NCBI GenBank assembly: GCA_964016885.1
Contig: OZ024741.1
Span: 336,350,001-336,414,000 of the forward strand
Source: Eledone cirrhosa
Taxonomy: Eukaryota
Direction of reading: 5' to 3'
DNA length: 64,000 nucleotides
Below the pieces are notes generated by a model. That model did no database searches and was not told the DNA's origin. It worked only from the letters and a program-made list of their open reading frames with translations. The translations under genes and the position numbers were made by a program. Shown piece after piece: positions 1 through 13,515 of this stretch. Positions within the stretch are counted from its first letter, which is position 1; every line of letters starts with the position of its first letter.

Positions 1-803
1 CCTGTATAGTGGGCAAATTCCTTTCATGTCCAGTTCTATGAGGGTCTTATACTTTTCCATGGCTCCTTCGTATACTCTGACTCTGTCTCTTTGGTTGTAG
101 CCAGAGAACTGCATGCGGTTGATGAAGTGTTGGATGTGTCTTTCCATTTGTGTGGGTCGCACATGCTGGACACATTCTTCATCACTCGTACCAAATCTGC
201 GATCAGAATATTAAACTTAGCACTACTGGACATTGCTGAGATTTTGAGTATCAGGTATTTGGAGGCCATGGCTTTAGCATAGTGTGAGTGGAGAATTTGG
301 GCTCTCTCGTCTATAGTGTTAATCCAGAGTTCTGTGTCTAATACAGGTAGTCTATTGTTAGGGTGTTTGGAAGGGAAGTCGATAGTTACAGTTATACTCT
401 GGTGTATGGAATTAGCTATCTGCTGGATGCTTTCCATCGTGCTACGTTCTAAATCAAACTTGTTAGTGCTCTCTAGTGGGGGTGTTCTTATAACTATATT
501 GATATCGTCTACATAACGAGAGTACATGATGAGGTCTATGGAGCTTTCATTAAGGAGATCTTTAAGTCTCCTTTCCCACCATACCATGAAAAGGTTGGCA
601 ACATCACCAGCTATGCTGACGCCGATGGCTGCTCCCTCATTTTGGGTGTAGATTTTCTCATTGAACTTAAATATGTGGCCCTTTAGGGTAGTTTTGATAC
701 TAGCCCCTATTGCATGTGCGACCGTTTTTCTTACCTGATCAGTGTTTTGGGGGGTCCGTATAGCTTTGGTCCACCCAATCCACCTTCCTATGGGAGTCTC
801 TTT
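1..803 (-). mobile_element. Penelope-like retroelement (PLE) reverse transcriptase fragment, 5'-truncated and frameshifted
   Basis: The minus-strand frame extends upstream of the listed ORF and reads HIFKFNEKIYTQNEGAAIGVSIAGDVANLFMVWWE...YSRYVDDINIV...LPVLDTELW...HSHYAKAMAS, which are PLE RT motifs including catalytic YVDD. After a frameshift near 148 it continues ERHIQHFINRMQFSGY...GICPLYR, typical of the PLE thumb/linker region. It runs off the left edge of the window. Confidence 0.85.
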
Positions 804-829
804 ACACTTGCAATTCTGGCAATATTACG

Positions 830-908
830 CAAATATGACCCTCGCCAAATATAACAATATCTGTTTCGACACACGATTTCATATAAAAAACCTCGCTAAA
901 CTAATTCA
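830..908 (+). mobile_element. PLE family A 3'-terminal (pLTR) fragment, inverted relative to the adjacent RT
   Basis: atgaccctcgccaaatataacaatatctgtttcgacacacgatttca...gctaaactaattca aligns with 16627-16700 and with the reverse complement of 1128-1193. It ends in (TA)n. Confidence 0.7.
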
Positions 909-938
909 TGTATGTATATATATATATATGTATATAAA

Positions 939-1006
<68 letters not shown>
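909..1006. repeat. (TA)n microsatellite
   Basis: Directly visible dinucleotide run. Confidence 0.95.
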
Positions 1007-1007
<1 letters not shown>

Positions 1008-1008
<1 letters not shown>

Positions 1009-1061
1009 ACCATGCTAGCGTGGAAAATGGACGTTAAACGAAGATGATGATGATGATGATG
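1008..1061 (+). mobile_element. Extreme 3' end of an RTE LINE with (GAT)n tail
   Basis: accatgctagcgtggaaaatggacgttaaacga(gat)n is the reverse complement of the terminus at 4415-4463 that ends the minus-strand RTE copy. Confidence 0.7.
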
Positions 1062-1119
1062 TATGTAAATATATATATATGTATGTAAATATATATATGC
1101 ATATATATATACATATATA

Positions 1120-1615
1120 TTTCGTTTCTGAATTTGTTTAGCAAGATTCTTTATCTGAAAACGTGTGTTGAAACCGATATTGTTATGCTTTGGAATAGCA
1201 ACATCACATCTTACAATTAAGGACAAAATGAAAACACACACACACATTGAACAAACAACCGACCAGTAACATGTAAATAAACAAATAAATAAACGAATAT
1301 AAACACACACAGACACCCGGATGTAACACATGTGCAAACTAAGCACACAACACACACAAAAACAAGATGGCGTAGGACAGAACAAAGGAGAGGCACAAAA
1401 TTAAAGAAAAGAATCCCGTCACTGAAGAGGTCACAGAATGCGTGACGAAAGAAGTTTGACAATATATGAACAATCGTCTGGTTGTGGAACCAACCAACCA
1501 ACCGGAATTTATAAATTCTTAAATTTATAAATTTAATTTATAATAAATTGAAGTGAAAGCAACTGGTGCGTGTGTTTATTATTGGCAACATGACCCTCCC
1601 AAAGCATAACAATAT
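1120..1615. mobile_element. PLE family A pLTR: minus-strand 3' tip (1120-1193) joined head-to-head to a plus-strand copy (about 1191-1615)
   Basis: 1195-1615 matches 16222-16651 on the plus strand. 1120-1193 is the reverse complement of about 16636-16709. Both sides are flanked by (TA)n. Confidence 0.8.
1418..1460 (+). ncRNA. Minimal type I hammerhead ribozyme-like motif (PLE family A)
   Basis: gtca-CTGAAGA-g-GTCAC(agaatgc)GTGAC-GAAA-gaag-TT-tgac: core CUGANGA and GAAA, helix II GTCAC/GTGAC, and a 4-bp helix I gtca/tgac. A second copy is at 16450-16492. Confidence 0.6.
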
Positions 1616-1729
1616 ACACATATATATATATATATAGATATATTATATCTTATATATATATTATATATATTATATATATATTATATATATATTATATATA
1701 TTATATATATATTATATATATATATATAA

Positions 1730-2347
1730 GAGAGTATTGAAGTTTGCTTGAAGCATTGTGGAATAATAAGATTTATTTTCTTTTGGTCGTTTTGGAAGCC
1801 TCAACAATACAGATGGGTAATTCTCTGAGTAACAAGATCCGGTGGTGAAGAGAGAGATGTAAGTGAAAGTAGAATGAGATGTATAGTGTGTATAACGTAG
1901 AAAAGTGTGTAAAAAATGAAAATAACACGAGATAGAGTTACCTTGGGACAGATTTAATTGTCCCTATATTTCGGATTCACATCCATCAACTAAGTGGTTT
2001 TCCGGGAGGCGGGAAGGTTATCTGTCGGAGAGGAGCGATACGTGTCCTCTGCTGTTTGTTCAAAACAACGAACAGCAGAAGACACGTATCGCTTCTCTCC
2101 GACAGATAACCCCCCGGAAAACCACTCAGTTGATGGATCTGCATCCGAAATATAGGGAAAATTAAATCTCTCCCAAGGTAACTCTATCTCGTGTTATTAT
2201 TTTTAGTTTTTACACTCTTTCCTACGTTCTACACACTATACATCTCATTCTACTTTCACTTAGATCTCTCTCTTCACAACCAGATCTTGTTACCCAGAGA
2301 ATTACCCATCTGCATTGTTGAGGCTTCCAAAACGACCAAAAGAAAAT
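1730..2347. mobile_element. Family C element (probable PLE pLTR) as a head-to-head inverted pair
   Basis: About 1775-2060 is the reverse complement of about 2067-2347 with scattered mismatches and a 6-bp spacer, caaaac. Both ends are flanked by (TA)n. A third copy is at 22853-23343. Confidence 0.75.
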
Positions 2348-2391
2348 ATATATATAATATATATATATATATTATATATATATATATTATA

Positions 2392-2443
<52 letters not shown>

Positions 2444-2525
2444 ATATATATATATATTGTATATATATATATTATATATATATATATATATTATATATAT
2501 ATATATATTATATATATATATATAT

Positions 2526-2556
<31 letters not shown>

Positions 2557-2644
2557 ATATATATATATATATTATATAAATATATATATATATTATATAT
2601 ATATATATATATTATATATATATATATTATATATATATATATAT

Positions 2645-2676
<32 letters not shown>

Positions 2677-2696
2677 ATATATATGTTGTATATATA

Positions 2697-2747
<51 letters not shown>

Positions 2748-2756
2748 ATATATATG

Positions 2757-2829
<73 letters not shown>

Positions 2830-2847
2830 ATATATATGTATATTATA

Positions 2848-2893
<46 letters not shown>

Positions 2894-2923
2894 ATATATA
2901 TATATATATTGTATATATATATA
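2348..2923. repeat. Long interrupted (TA)n microsatellite
   Basis: Directly visible; it produces the spurious IYIY ORFs. Confidence 0.95.
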
Positions 2924-2982
2924 TTTAATGGTCGCTTATATTATGGTACGTCAAAATTATTTATAAAACTGCTTATATATTG

Positions 2983-3048
2983 TATTTTATCTGACGAAGG
3001 CATGCCATATTTTTAATAAGGTATCCCTGAAATATGTATAATGAAATA
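2983..3048 (+). ncRNA. Minimal type I hammerhead ribozyme motif (PLE family B)
   Basis: tattttat-CTGACGA-aggcatgcc(loop)ggtatccct-GAAA-tatgta-TA-atgaaata. Helix I is 8 bp with one GU pair, helix II has one mismatch, and helix III is minimal with a near-palindromic loop. Confidence 0.7.
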
Positions 3049-3229
3049 AATATGGTTTTATAAATTTAGTTTCCATTTGTTTAATATCGTATATCTACTC
3101 CAAAAACTTGTCGAGTGCTTTATATCAGTTATAAAATATTTACTTGTTGTAACCCAACAATTTTAAATAAAACTTTTGCATATATATATTATATATATAT
3201 ATTATATATATATATATATATTATATATA

Positions 3230-3383
<154 letters not shown>

Positions 3384-3563
3384 ATATATAATATATATAT
3401 ATATATATAATATATATATATAATATATATATGCAAAAGTTTTATTTAAAATTGTTGGGTTACAACAAGTAAATATTTTATAACTGATATAAAGCACTCG
3501 ACAAGTTTTTGGAGTAGATATACGATATTAAACAAATGGAAACTAAATTTATAAAACCATATT

Positions 3564-3629
3564 TATTTCATTATACATATTTCAGGGATACCTTATTAAA
3601 AATATGGCATGCCTTCGTCAGATAAAATA
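3564..3629 (-). ncRNA. Inverted copy of the family B hammerhead motif
   Basis: Reverse complement of 2983-3048. Confidence 0.68.
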
Positions 3630-3688
3630 CAATATATAAGCAGTTTTATAAATAATTTTGACGTACCATAATATAAGCGACCATTAAA

Positions 3689-3941
<253 letters not shown>

Positions 3942-4208
3942 TTCATTCATTCATTTTACGTCCGCTTTTTCCCTGCTTGCTAGGGTGGGACAGGAACTGA
4001 TTCTGGCTTGGTTTCTACAGCAGCTGGATGCCCTTCCTAACACCAACCTCATTTACAGTGAGTGCTGGGTGCTTTTTTGCCATGGTACCTCCACCACGTC
4101 TTTGCAGTGGAATGATATGGACCCCAGTCCCTATCATCTCATTTCTACAGCTGAGTAAACTGGAGCAATGTAAAATAAAGTGTCTTGCTCAAGGAAACAA
4201 CACATCAC
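3942..4208 (-). mobile_element. 5'-truncated SINE with RTE-derived 3' tail
   Basis: The minus strand carries the SINE central motif gtttccttgagcaagacactttattttacattgctccagt, then the RTE-like 3' UTR motif (gctggatgcccttcctaacaccaacc on +) and a (GAAT)n tail. It is a paralogue of 19813-20110. Confidence 0.7.
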
Positions 4209-5417
<1,209 letters not shown>

Positions 5418-5441
5418 AGCCCTCTGCGCAGTTGAAAGAGC

Positions 5442-5578
<137 letters not shown>

Positions 5579-5638
5579 TTATTAAAATAACAGATTAAAG
5601 CTTAGACTTTAGTCTTCAAATTTATTATTATTACTATA

Positions 5639-5672
<34 letters not shown>

Positions 5673-6080
5673 GAGGGAGAGAGAGAATAAGAATAAGAAA
5701 ATGAGAAGTAGTTTTGGATGTTAAAGTCCTTTATTGATAAGGGTTCGATACATATTTCAATGATGACTGAGGCCACGCGACTCCGCCTAACCAGTGCCCT
5801 GATCTCATCAGACAGCTTCTTACATAATAAATTTACGTTCTCGGGACAATCCAAATTAAAACGACAAGGAAATGGACAGAGATGATGGTCTTGAAGCCTT
5901 CACCATTCCCTTGAATATATATATATAATTGTGGGTGAATTCCTGATGGGTAACAGGAGGTCAACACAGTCAAAGAAGGTACTGAATACATTGGTAAAGT
6001 AGAGGCATCTTATGAAAGTCCTGTAGAAATCATTTATATATATGTACATACATATGTAGGTGTGTGTGTGTGTGTGTGTG

Positions 6081-6121
<41 letters not shown>

Positions 6122-6744
6122 AGATATATACAGAGAGAGAGAGAGAGTGTGTGTAATAATTCATTATTATTTTGGTACGTTATCTCAAGCTTGATGTGTT
6201 ATTAAAGTTGAAACAATTGTAGAAATTTAAAATGAATTTTGAATAACACCTTTGGTTTTCATTTTCTATTAGTTACATATATATAATGTCATGGTTAATG
6301 GCTTCAACACATAAAAGTTCTTACCTCCAACCTAACATACCAACAGTGTTTGAAATCAGAGATAGCAACTTTTATGTGTTGAAGACATTAACTATAATAT
6401 TTTAGCTCTGTTCTAGTGCTCTGTTCCCTTTATTTGTTCGACAGAACCTTCCAACACTAAATATATATATTTCTTAAACGTAAATATCATTTTAAACTGA
6501 ACAACCCATTCCTGAATTCTATGCCAAGTGGCCAAGACTAAAATTTTAAGCTTTCTGAAGACGTGTGAAAAATAATTAAGTATTGCATATGATTGAAAAA
6601 TGTATATTGTAGTTAGCATATATAGACTATTATAATCTACAAAGAAACATATGTTAAATCCAATAAATTCTTTCTATCTTCTTTTACTGAAGTCTATACT
6701 TTTCTTGGTGCTATACTTGCTTATATTATATATATATATATCCC

Positions 6745-6904
6745 TGAACATGTGACAAGCTTCTACACTCTTTCCTTTTAAATTCCACTGACAATGTTTT
6801 GAAGCTATGGGAGAAGATACGTGACTCGGCTATAGTAGTTTGAAGTGGGATTGAACCCAGAATCACATGGTTTCAAATCAAAAACATCTTAACTATACAG
6901 CCAT
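6745..6904 (-). mobile_element. Degenerate tRNA-derived SINE
   Basis: The minus strand begins tggctgtatagttaag (A-box-like) and contains ctgggttcaatccc (B-box-like). Confidence 0.55.
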
Positions 6905-8021
6905 TGTTGCACCGATGTATGACTATTATTTTCTCTTCTTATTATTGTTTTGTGGCCAATAAAAAAGAATTATTGTTTTACCAAGCTTATGAAATTTCAA
7001 TGAATCTGTAAAAGTTGTTTCTGTCTATGCTGTTTATAGTTTGGTTATTTCCTTTATGTGAATTTCTGTGATGTGCTGAATTCAAAATATTTTCTGGACA
7101 TATTTTGCTCAGGATTGAACATATAATCCTCCTCATTCAATTGTCATATATATCACATACCTACATGAGTGCCACCCTCCTCCACATTTAGTCTCACTAA
7201 TGGAATATCCCAGACATATCTTATATCACCTGCATGTCTGACAAAAAACACAGTCACATGATTGTGATCTCACACCTCTCCATTTAATATGCCTTTTGTC
7301 TATAGCAAATGACTTTTGACTCAGTCTTATTGGCAGTCCCTCCTCTCAGGATGCGTTTCACTTGACAGCTAGTTTTACTCATTTCAGTTTCCCAATATTA
7401 TTTTTAATGTTTCATGTTCTACTGACACCTACACACACCAATACTTGCTCACCAAAATGATTTTATATCCGTAGTTTTCTATTTTCTATTGAAACAAAAA
7501 CACACCACCTCTACACATTCATGCTAAAAGAACATTTAATAAATATTTCTTCAATTTTTGCTATAATTTGTAGAATAAAAAACAGTTTGGTTTGTTTTAA
7601 AGAGAATTATTTTTCCCAAATAAAAACGTTGTGTTAGAAAAAAAAAAAGATTTGAAGCTGAACCAAATCTACTTGCATACTTATATATTTCATTTTTTTT
7701 TTTATTTTACAATCAAATTGTTGCTGACAGAAATATTATTTGAAGATAGAAGAATAGTCCCCATCCCACCTTACATACATACTTAATGTATAGCAAAATT
7801 TAAATAAATTTAATAAACATTGGCAGAAATGTTTTACTTGTACATTTGAGCCACTATCATTTCAAAACAGATTCTTAATTTCACATGTTTATGTATACTT
7901 CCTAAGGTGAGACAAAGAAAATACAGATATATATATATATAGGTATTTTTTTTTCCAAAATTTTTTCTGTTCTTTCTTCTCACTTTCTACCTTTCTATTT
8001 CTTCTTTTATTTCTCACTCTA

Positions 8022-8058
8022 TTTTCTGATGAAGGAATAGTGTCCAAAACGTTAAGAC
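8022..8058 (+). ncRNA. Degenerate minimal hammerhead-like motif (PLE remnant)
   Basis: tttt-CTGATGA-a-GGA(atagtg)TCC-aAAA-cg-TTA-aga. The GAAA core has decayed to AAAA, consistent with CpG loss at TCCGAAAC, so the motif is probably inactive. Confidence 0.4.
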
Positions 8059-8564
8059 TTTTCCTAGTATATTAAGTGTTAAACATTTCTTCATTGTACT
8101 GTATTGTTTGCTTTGTTGATTCCATTTACTTTTTGCACATACACACACACTCACACACACACATACATACACACATATATACATGATGATGGCTGCCCCC
8201 TCTTTATCGAGTATGCCCATTGCACGATATACCATTATTAATAATTATTAATTAATTAAATCTGTCGTGCAATGCCTGTGTGTGAAGATATTTTTTAAAG
8301 TGAGGAAAGACTGTGCACTGAGCCAATCCCACTCTCTGAGTGACAGTAGCTATAATCCGAAAAGAAGAAAAGATCAACATCATCGGTAACTACTGAGCCG
8401 CAGGTTTTATATCGGAGTTATCCCAGGTTCCTGAGTTGCCTTCTCCTAGAAAAATGTTGTGACAAAGGCTAGGGTCCTTCATTCCCAGTGGTTTAACTGC
8501 GCGATCGGGTGTGCAGCCCGACTATTTCTATGTCCCTGTGCATAAACATACACATGCACCCATG

Positions 8565-8602
<38 letters not shown>

Positions 8603-8690
8603 TACATACATACATGGTGGCTGCCAGCGACTTGAAAACTCTGGTACAAACACTACATCTGTGACAATTATTGACACATAGTGCTGGGCC

Positions 8691-9256
<566 letters not shown>

Positions 9257-9620
9257 TATGGGTATTCTAGAAATGTAGTGGGCTCTCTGGTAGGTTAGCT
9301 AGAAATGCAAGTTTTACTTGTGGTTGCTGCACAGAGCTAGGTAACAACCATCCCCAGGAAACAAATGTTATAAAATTCATGGATGGTCCCATAGAAGCAG
9401 CTGACAGCTTCTGCTATCTGGGTGACGAAATTAGCCATGGAGATGGGTGTGCTGAAAAATATGGTAGCCAGAGGGAGAATGGGATGGAAAATGTTCAGAG
9501 AGCTATTACCACTGCTAGCTACAAAAGGTATTTCTCTCCAAATGAAGAGCAGATTGTATGATGTGTGTATATGAACAACAATTTTAGATGATAGTGAAAC
9601 CCTGGTGCTGTGCGAATGAG
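9257..9620 (+). mobile_element. RTE LINE fragment, an inverted duplicate of 10270-10631
   Basis: Encodes [17 protein letters not shown]. It is the reverse complement of 10270-10631 with a few substitutions. Confidence 0.85.
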
Positions 9621-9670
<50 letters not shown>

Positions 9671-9672
<2 letters not shown>

Positions 9673-9912
9673 AAAGTTATATTTAAATTGTTGGGTTACA
9701 ACTAGTAAATATTTATAACTGATATAAAAGCACTCAACAAGTATTTGGAGTATATTTACGACATTAAATAAATGGCAACTATATTTATAAAACCATATAT
9801 ATATTGTATTTTGTCTGAGGAAGGCATAGCATATTGTTAATATGATATCCCCGAAATATATATAATGAAATAAATATGGTTTTATAAATATAGTTTCCAT
9901 TTATTAAATATC

Positions 9913-9914
<2 letters not shown>
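9671..9914. mobile_element. PLE family B pLTR pieces joined head-to-head (minus 9671-9796, plus 9797-9914)
   Basis: 9673-9796 resembles 3434-3561 and 9797-9914 resembles 2975-3092. There is an internal inverted repeat, aaatggcaactatatttataaaaccata / tatggttttataaatatagtttccattt. Confidence 0.7.
9807..9872 (+). ncRNA. Minimal hammerhead motif, second family B copy
   Basis: tattttgt-CTGAGGA-agg...ccc-GAAA-tatata-TA-atgaaata. The helix III loop is a perfect palindrome and helix II is partly degenerate. Confidence 0.55.
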
Positions 9915-9944
<30 letters not shown>

Positions 9945-9948
<4 letters not shown>

Positions 9949-10140
9949 ATTGGATTCGCAATCGTAAGGTGGTGAGTTCGATTCCTGGACCAGGCGATGC
10001 GTTATGTCCTTGAGCAAGACACTTTATTTCACGTTGTTCCTTCTACCTGGAGTTGCGACCGATAGATAGTATTAGCAATTGGAAAGACCAACGGAAACAT
10101 TGTTCCCTCGGTCCGATTTGATGAAAGTCGATCGTTCCTT
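9945..10140 (+). mobile_element. tRNA-derived SINE (5' tip missing)
   Basis: B-box gagttcgattcc and central tgtccttgagcaagacactttatttcac. Its 3' part is shared with 18042-18300 and with the minus-strand copy at 21661-21851. Confidence 0.7.
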
Positions 10141-10151
10141 ATATATATATG

Positions 10152-10230
<79 letters not shown>

Positions 10231-10231
10231 G

Positions 10232-10269
<38 letters not shown>

Positions 10270-10270
<1 letters not shown>

Positions 10271-11008
10271 CATTCACACAGAACCAGGGTTTCACTATCA
10301 TCTAAAATTGTTGTTCATATACACACATCATACAATCTGCTCTTCATTTTGAGAGAAATACCTTTTGTAGCTAGCAGTGGTAATAGCTCTCTGAACATTT
10401 TCCATCCCATTCTCCCTCTGGCTACCATATTTTTCAGCACACCCATCTCCATGGCTAATTTCGTCACCCAGATAGCAGAAGCTGTCAGCTGCTTCTATGG
10501 GACCATCCATGAATTTTATAACATTTGTTTCCTGGGGATGGTTGTTACCTAGCTCTGTGCAGCAACCACAAGTAAAACTTGCATTTCTAGCTAACCTACC
10601 AGAGAGCCCACTACATTTCTAGAATACCCATAGCTTGCATTTGGGACAGAGGATGGAATTTTGGCCAACCCTTTTCCTACCCACTGAGCAGGGCCATTTT
10701 CCAGAAGGGATCAGGGCCTTATTTTCCTTACTATTTACAAGAACTTTGGTCTTTGACAAGTTGACTTTAAGACTTTTTGATTCCAAAATATGCTTCCAGA
10801 TCTTCAATTTTTTCTCTAGTTCTGTCATATATTCAGCATACAGGAGTTCCCAAAGACATCCTGTTTTAAACTCTTTGGTTATAGCCTGGATAATGAACAG
10901 GAGAGGGCTAGGACAGAACCTTGGTGAATCTCAAGTTGCACACTAAAATCTTCGCTATAGTCATTATTAACTTTAACCTTACTGACAGCACACTTCTGTT
11001 CATGGCTT
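10270..11008 (-). mobile_element. Decayed RTE LINE RT fragment
   Basis: Encodes SKVKVNNDYSEDFSVQLEIHQGSVL, KVNLSKTKVLV...GKWPCSV...NSILCPKCKLW and DSFCYLGD, with multiple stops and frameshifts. Confidence 0.9.
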
Positions 11009-12224
11009 GTACCACCCACACTAGCCATATTATACACACACACACACAAACACAAACACACACCACAGATAGAAATTATTCCCAGAGACAGGAGGAAAGA
11101 ATCATCCTCAGTACTAGACTGGTACATTTTTTATTGACCTTAAAAAGATGGAAGGTAAAGTTAACCACAACTTTCTCATACACTGGCTTTTACAGCTGGA
11201 TGCCCTTCTAACACCAACTACATTAAAGTGTGGACTGGGTGCTTTTTATCATGCTACTAAAACAACCATCTACCCAGGTGCTTTTTCATTGTCATCCAAA
11301 TGACCACTTTACAGGGTGGACTGGGTTGTATATATAAATATATATATAACCACAGCAGAGATTGGACGAGCTTTTGATTCTAGAGTCGGGCCAGATCGAT
11401 ACAGATCGAACCTTGAGCTGATCAAAAGTGAAATGTGCATCACCAATCAATAAACGTAATGAAGACATAACAAATTGTCCTTGTATTATATATATATATT
11501 TATATATATATATATACAAATGGAAGGTTAGTAAAATCAAAGTTATGGTAAAATCGTTATGGCGGTGGCCAAGCTAACAAGATACAATTATGTTTGCACA
11601 AAAGCACTCAATAATCAAAAGGCTTAGAGTAATTAACATACATTAGATAGCATGACAAATTGAAAACTGCAACAAGGGGGCATAGCCACATAATTCACCA
11701 AAACAACGAAAATACAATCAGGTGAGATAACAAACCTGGACCATATCGAGGGGTATTATGCAATACCTCTGATAGGTTTCTATGAATCCATAATCAACAA
11801 TCCTACTTGCGCAATATGCAAGTTTGTGGTATTTGAAGACTTAAACACGGACTCACATTATCAACAGGTTTCTGTTCTGTGCCTCAATCCGTGTGTGAGT
11901 GTATGTATATTTATATATACACACTTCATATAGTTTTGGTTATTCATTTACCAAAGTGTTGATTAAATAACATCCCATGTTTAAGAATATACCAAACTGA
12001 ATTTCTAGGTTGATTATAGGTTCTTTGTTCAATTAAGGTAAATTTTATTAGTATTACCATTTTAGTGAAAGAACATAAAATCTAAATAATTGCTGAACTT
12101 GTCTTTTATGTTAGGAACCTGAGATAATTTTCTATTTCATCTTTTTCAGATTAACTTTCATAATATATATTTGGAGTCAGTTTATTTATCCACTATGTGT
12201 TTTTTTGCTTTTATTTTCTTCTAG

Positions 12225-12534
12225 GCCTTAAGACTTGTCGACCTGGAATGAACCAAAGTCTCGATCGGAGGACTTTGCCTCAAATATATAGTGGGAAAAA
12301 GAACTTAAATATCACTTCCCAACATGTTCACAAACTGGATAGTGACACGCACTGTAATGATATAATTAATTTAAAATCTGCCCAAGCCCTCTGTCGGAAT
12401 TCTGAATTAGCAGCCCAGTCTCGGAGTTTACCAGTGAAGAACAGTTTCACCACCTACAGTAAACCTTTACCAGCGATACCAAAACTACCATATTCCTAGA
12501 CTTCTTAGACTTGCTCTAGCAAGAAAATATTCAG
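12225..12534 (+). CDS. Candidate host-gene exon containing the stop codon (coding 12225-12499), product unknown
   Basis: Polypyrimidine tract with ttctag|G acceptor, about 91 stop-free non-repetitive codons (LKTCRPGMNQSLDRRTLPQIY...SKPLPAIPKLPYS*) that are more GC-rich than the flanks, then a CAG|gtaaaa donor 35 nt after the stop. No homology was recognised. Confidence 0.5.
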
Positions 12535-13261
12535 GTAAAATTGATAAAATATTTTGAATATTCAGCAGACTTTTAAGAAAATAAATTTTTTTAAAAATTA
12601 TTTTCCTGTAATTAGAGACATGGTTTCAACAAATCTACCTAAAAACAATCTAAATATACGATTTAACGAACTATTCATTATGAATTCTGTTTCTTATTGA
12701 AAATAAGAAAATGTTTTTTCTGCCATTCTAAGACTAAGAACAAAGGTTTTAGCCAATCTGTTTTGTAATGTATATTAAGGAAATCTAAAAATAAATTATA
12801 AATAACAACAACAAAAAAGAAATGAAAAATAAAAAAAGAAAGTGTTCAAAATTTCTTCAATTTATAAATTATAAATTCTATTCGAAATTGAAAATGCACT
12901 AAAGACAAAAGAAAAAAGATTTAAAAAAAAAAAGAAACAAAAGGAAAACATGACGTGCAAGCTTTGATATAGATTTATTTAAATAGTGAAAAAGACTTGT
13001 AAAAAAATATTTGAATCATTGTCCACTTTATAAAATTTAAACTTTTCGAGTATTTAACATTTTCTAATTTTCAGGAGAAACGAATTGTTTTTTTTTTTAA
13101 TTTTAAAATCAGAGTTTAAAACTGATGTATTTCTTGTATATAAATCTATAATTATTCCTTTTTGACAATGATCTCTAATGAACTGATATTTAAATTAATA
13201 ATACATTAATTGACTTACCATTTGTTAATGACCACTGCATAAGTCATTCCTCCCTCTGTGC

Positions 13262-13515
13262 GTGTATATATATATATACATATATATATACATATATACA
13301 TATATATATATGTGTGTGTGTATAAATGTATATATATATGTGTGTGTGTGTGTGTGTTTGTGTGTATATAAATGTACATGTATGTGTGTATATAAATGTA
13401 TATGTATATATGTATATAAATATATATATATGGATATAGATATATATGTATATATATATATGTATATAAATATATATATATTTGTATATATATATGTATA
13501 TAGATATATATGTAT
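13262..13515. repeat. (TA)n/(TG)n compound microsatellite
   Basis: Directly visible. Confidence 0.93.
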
